Shown here piece after piece: positions 61,182-64,000 of a stretch of DNA of 64,000 nt; position 1 is the stretch's first letter; each line of letters opens with the position of its first letter. This DNA is from Longimicrobiales bacterium (GTDB lineage Bacteria; Gemmatimonadota; Gemmatimonadetes; Longimicrobiales; Gaopeijiaceae): positions 1,376,001 to 1,440,000 of the forward strand of contig OZ241869.1 of NCBI GenBank assembly GCA_965202805.1. The letters run 5' to 3'. The notes under the pieces are model-generated. The model ran no database searches. It saw only the letters and a program-made list of their open reading frames with translations, and was not told where the DNA came from. The translations under genes and the position numbers were made by a program.

Positions 61182-62504
61182 ATGGAGAATCTGCTCGCGC
61201 CGCTGATGTTCATCGGCGTCTTCGCGATGATCTTTCTGGGATACCCGGTGGCCTTCGCGCTGGGCGGCACCTCCCTGATCTTCGCCTTCATCGGCATCGC
61301 CATGGGGCTCTTCGACTGGGGGCTGATGTACGCCCTGCCGCAGCGCATCTTCGGGGTGATGTCCAACCTCGTCCTGGTGGCGATCCCCTTCTTCATCTTC
61401 ATGGGGGTGGTGCTGGAGAAGTCGCGCCTGGCGGAGGACCTCCTCACCACCATCGGCAAGCTCTTCGGGACGTTGCGCGGCGGACTGGCGCTGGCGGTGG
61501 TCTTCGTGGGCGCGATGCTGGCGGCGGCGACGGGCGTGGTGGGGGCGTCGGTGGTCGCGATGGGGCTCATCTCGCTCCCCATCATGCTGCGCTACGGCTA
61601 CTCGAAGACGCTCTCCACCGGGGTGATCCTGGCGTCCGGAACCCTCGGACAGATCATTCCGCCCAGCGTCGTGCTGATCGTGCTGGCCGACCAGCTGGGC
61701 ATCTCGGTGGGCGACCTGTTCCTGGGCGCGCTGATCCCGGGGCTCTCGCTGGCCGGCATGTACGCGATCTACGTGGGGCTGGTCGCCAAGGTGCGCCCCG
61801 CGTCCGCGCCCGCCCTCCCTCCCGAGGTGCGCGACGCCGCGGGCTGGAAGCTGGCGCGCCAGGTGCTCACCGTGCTGATGCCGCCCCTGGTGCTGATCCT
61901 GCTCGTGCTCGGGAGCATCTTCGCGGGGATCGCCACGCCCACGGAGGCGGGGGCGGTGGGGGCGGTGGGCGCGATCGGGCTCGCGGCCGCCAACCGGCGA
62001 CTGTCGTGGAAGGTGCTCCGGGAGGCCAGCGAGTACACCACCTCCCTCACCGCCATGGTGATGTTCATCCTGGTGGGCTCGACCGCCTTCGCGCTGGTCT
62101 TCCGCGGGCTGAACGGCGACCTCTGGATCGAGCACCTGCTCACCACGCTGCCGGGCGGGCGCATCGGCCTGCTGATCGTGGCCAACCTGGCGATCTTCGT
62201 GCTCGGCTTCTTCCTCGACTTCTTCGAGATCGCCTTCATCATCATCCCGCTGCTCGCCCCGGCGGCCGCCCTGCTGGGCATCGACCTGGTCTGGTTCGGG
62301 GTGATGATCGGGATGAACATCCAGACCTCGTTCCTGACCCCGCCCTTCGGCTTCGCCCTCTTCTATCTGCGGGGCGTGGCCCCACCCGACGTGCGAACAT
62401 CGGAGATGTACCGGGCGGTCATCCCCTTCATCGTGATCCAGCTCATCGGGCTGGTCCTGATCATGACCTTCCCTCAGATGGTCACGGGGCTCCTGAACCG
62501 ATAA
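61182..62504 (+). CDS. TRAP transporter large permease (DctM)
   Basis: GYPVAF, AIPFFIFMG, GTLGQIIPPS, ATPTEAG and SFLTPPFG motifs. Confidence 0.95.
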   Translation: MENLLAPLMFIGVFAMIFLGYPVAFALGGTSLIFAFIGIAMGLFDWGLMYALPQRIFGVMSNLVLVAIPFFIFMGVVLEKSRLAEDLLTTIGKLFGTLRGGLALAVVFVGAMLAAATGVVGASVVAMGLISLPIMLRYGYSKTLSTGVILASGTLGQIIPPSVVLIVLADQLGISVGDLFLGALIPGLSLAGMYAIYVGLVAKVRPASAPALPPEVRDAAGWKLARQVLTVLMPPLVLILLVLGSIFAGIATPTEAGAVGAVGAIGLAAANRRLSWKVLREASEYTTSLTAMVMFILVGSTAFALVFRGLNGDLWIEHLLTTLPGGRIGLLIVANLAIFVLGFFLDFFEIAFIIIPLLAPAAALLGIDLVWFGVMIGMNIQTSFLTPPFGFALFYLRGVAPPDVRTSEMYRAVIPFIVIQLIGLVLIMTFPQMVTGLLNR

Positions 62505-62596
62505 CTACTGGTATCTACTGGCGTTTACTGGTAATAGCGGCCGAAGCGCGATCCGGGGGGCTTTGTGATGTCACCGCCGCGAGTGCGCCCGGCGGG

Positions 62597-63826
62597 TTAC
62601 GCGCCCTGCCCGAACGCGGCGCTGGCGTAGGCCCACTCCGCGCGACCGAACCACTCGAAGGCCTCCGTGCGGAACGCCGACCAGTGGTCGTACACGCGGC
62701 GGTAGGTGGCGTCGGCAGCGGCTCGCTCCGCCAGAATCTCCTGTGAAGCCACGCGCGACACTTCCATGATCTCGGGAGAGAAGGCGCGCAGCTGGACCCC
62801 GCCTTCGACGAGGCGCCGGAGGGCGGCCGGATTCCTGGAGTCGTACGTGGTCTCGACGCCGTGCGCGGCCGAGCGCACCGCCACCCGGAAGGCCTCCTGA
62901 TACGTGGAGGGCAGCGAGTCCCACGCGTCCCGGTTGACCTGGAAGGTGGTCGAGGGTCCCGGCTCCCACCAGCCGGGGTAGTAGTAGAACCGGGCGGCGT
63001 TCTGGAAGCCCAGCTTCTCGTCGTCGTAGGGCCCCACCCACTCGGTGGCGTCGATGGCGCCCCGCTCGAGCGCCGGATAGATCTCCTGGGCGGCGAGGTT
63101 CTGGACGGTCACCCCCAGGCGGTCCATGACCTCCGCGCCCAGCCCGGGGATGCGCATCTTCAGCCCGTTCAGGTCCGCCGGGGTGTTGATCTCGCGGCGG
63201 AACCACCCGCCCATCTGCGCGCCGGTGTTTCCGGCCGGCAGGGGGATGATGTTGAAGTCGGAGAAGATCTCGCTGATGAGCTCGAGCCCGCCCGCGTCGT
63301 ACAGCCAGGCATGCTGCTGGCGGGAGGTGAGGCCGAAGGGCACGCAGGTGTCGAAGGCGAGCACCGGCGCCTTGCCCGTGTAGTAGTAGCTCGGGCTGTG
63401 TCCCACCTGCACGGTGCCCTGCTGCACCGCGTCCATCACCTCGAAGGCCGGCACCAGCTCGTTCGCCTCGTAGACGCGCATCTGGAAGCGCCCGTCGGTC
63501 ATCGCCGCCATCGACTCGGCGGCGCGGGTGGCGGTGTCGAAGATGGCGTCGACGGTGCGCGGATAGCTGGACGCCAGCCGCCAGCGCACGTTCGGGTTGG
63601 TGATCACGGCGGGAGCGCCACCCGCACCGGCGCTTTCCTGCTCGCCGCCACACGAGGCGGCCAGCACCCCGGCCGCGGCGGCTCCGACCGCCGCCTTGCC
63701 GAGAAACGCCCTTCTCTCCAGGGTCGACGGCGCTTCCGTCAGGTGGCCGCCCTCGTGATCCGCCGCGGCGGCCTCTGCGCCCGGCCGGCCGCCTTCGACC
63801 GTTCCGCTCCGGGAGTCGTTGTCCAT
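62597..63826 (-). CDS. TRAP substrate-binding protein (DctP, TakP-like), Tat-exported lipoprotein
   Basis: RRAFL Tat motif, LAASC lipobox, GNTGAQMGGWFRREI, GLKMRIPG, EWVGPYDD and YYPGWWEPG motifs. Confidence 0.93.
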   Translation of the reverse strand: MDNDSRSGTVEGGRPGAEAAAADHEGGHLTEAPSTLERRAFLGKAAVGAAAAGVLAASCGGEQESAGAGGAPAVITNPNVRWRLASSYPRTVDAIFDTATRAAESMAAMTDGRFQMRVYEANELVPAFEVMDAVQQGTVQVGHSPSYYYTGKAPVLAFDTCVPFGLTSRQQHAWLYDAGGLELISEIFSDFNIIPLPAGNTGAQMGGWFRREINTPADLNGLKMRIPGLGAEVMDRLGVTVQNLAAQEIYPALERGAIDATEWVGPYDDEKLGFQNAARFYYYPGWWEPGPSTTFQVNRDAWDSLPSTYQEAFRVAVRSAAHGVETTYDSRNPAALRRLVEGGVQLRAFSPEIMEVSRVASQEILAERAAADATYRRVYDHWSAFRTEAFEWFGRAEWAYASAAFGQGA

Positions 63827-64000
63827 GGGTACCCGATCCTTTGTGCTTTCTGCGTGTTCGGTTGCGCGCCCGGGCGCCTTCTCGCCGCCGGAGCACGCGC
63901 AAGTTAGCCAGAAGTCATGCGGGGCGCACCGCGCAGGTGGGCCCCGCCGCCCGCAGGCCGCCTCGACTCCGCCTCAGCGCCGCTCCTCGGCGACGACCGA

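Overview
Very GC-rich bacterial chromosomal window made mostly of core genes. Gene content and order suggest the Gemmatimonadota/FCB lineage, but this is inference only. In order it carries: thiD; nucleoside salvage (PNP plus a CNT transporter); a proteostasis block (dnaK, degP, tRNA-Leu, tig, clpP, clpX, engB); a long minus-strand run (minor pilins, pilMNOPQ, aroC, aroK, topA, xerC, hslVU, argF, gcvT, sigma54 activator); a LysM peptidase, sod and dinB; a sprA-like gene followed by comEA, pilT, pilC, psd and an amino-acid symporter; lptFG; and an accessory-looking right end (LVIVD protein, M20 deacylase, FMN reductase, truncated Rpn gene, dipeptidase/SSS/proline-racemase-family operon, TRAP transporter). 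The most notable signal is a palindromic operator, CTGCCA-TTT-TG(G/T)CAG. Two copies lie upstream of a near-consensus sigma54 promoter of dnaK. Two more flank a sigma70-like promoter of the operon encoding a pseudo-receiver sigma54 activator, suggesting a sigma54-based chaperone control circuit with autorepression. Other leads are a T9SS-translocon-like giant gene next to DNA-uptake genes, a CTG-initiated dinB, an orphan Rpn antitoxin, a Ser/Cys proline-racemase-family enzyme, and an unannotated 39-aa membrane protein. No CRISPR array, rRNA, prophage or intact IS was seen. All family assignments come from motif recognition by eye; no searches were run.
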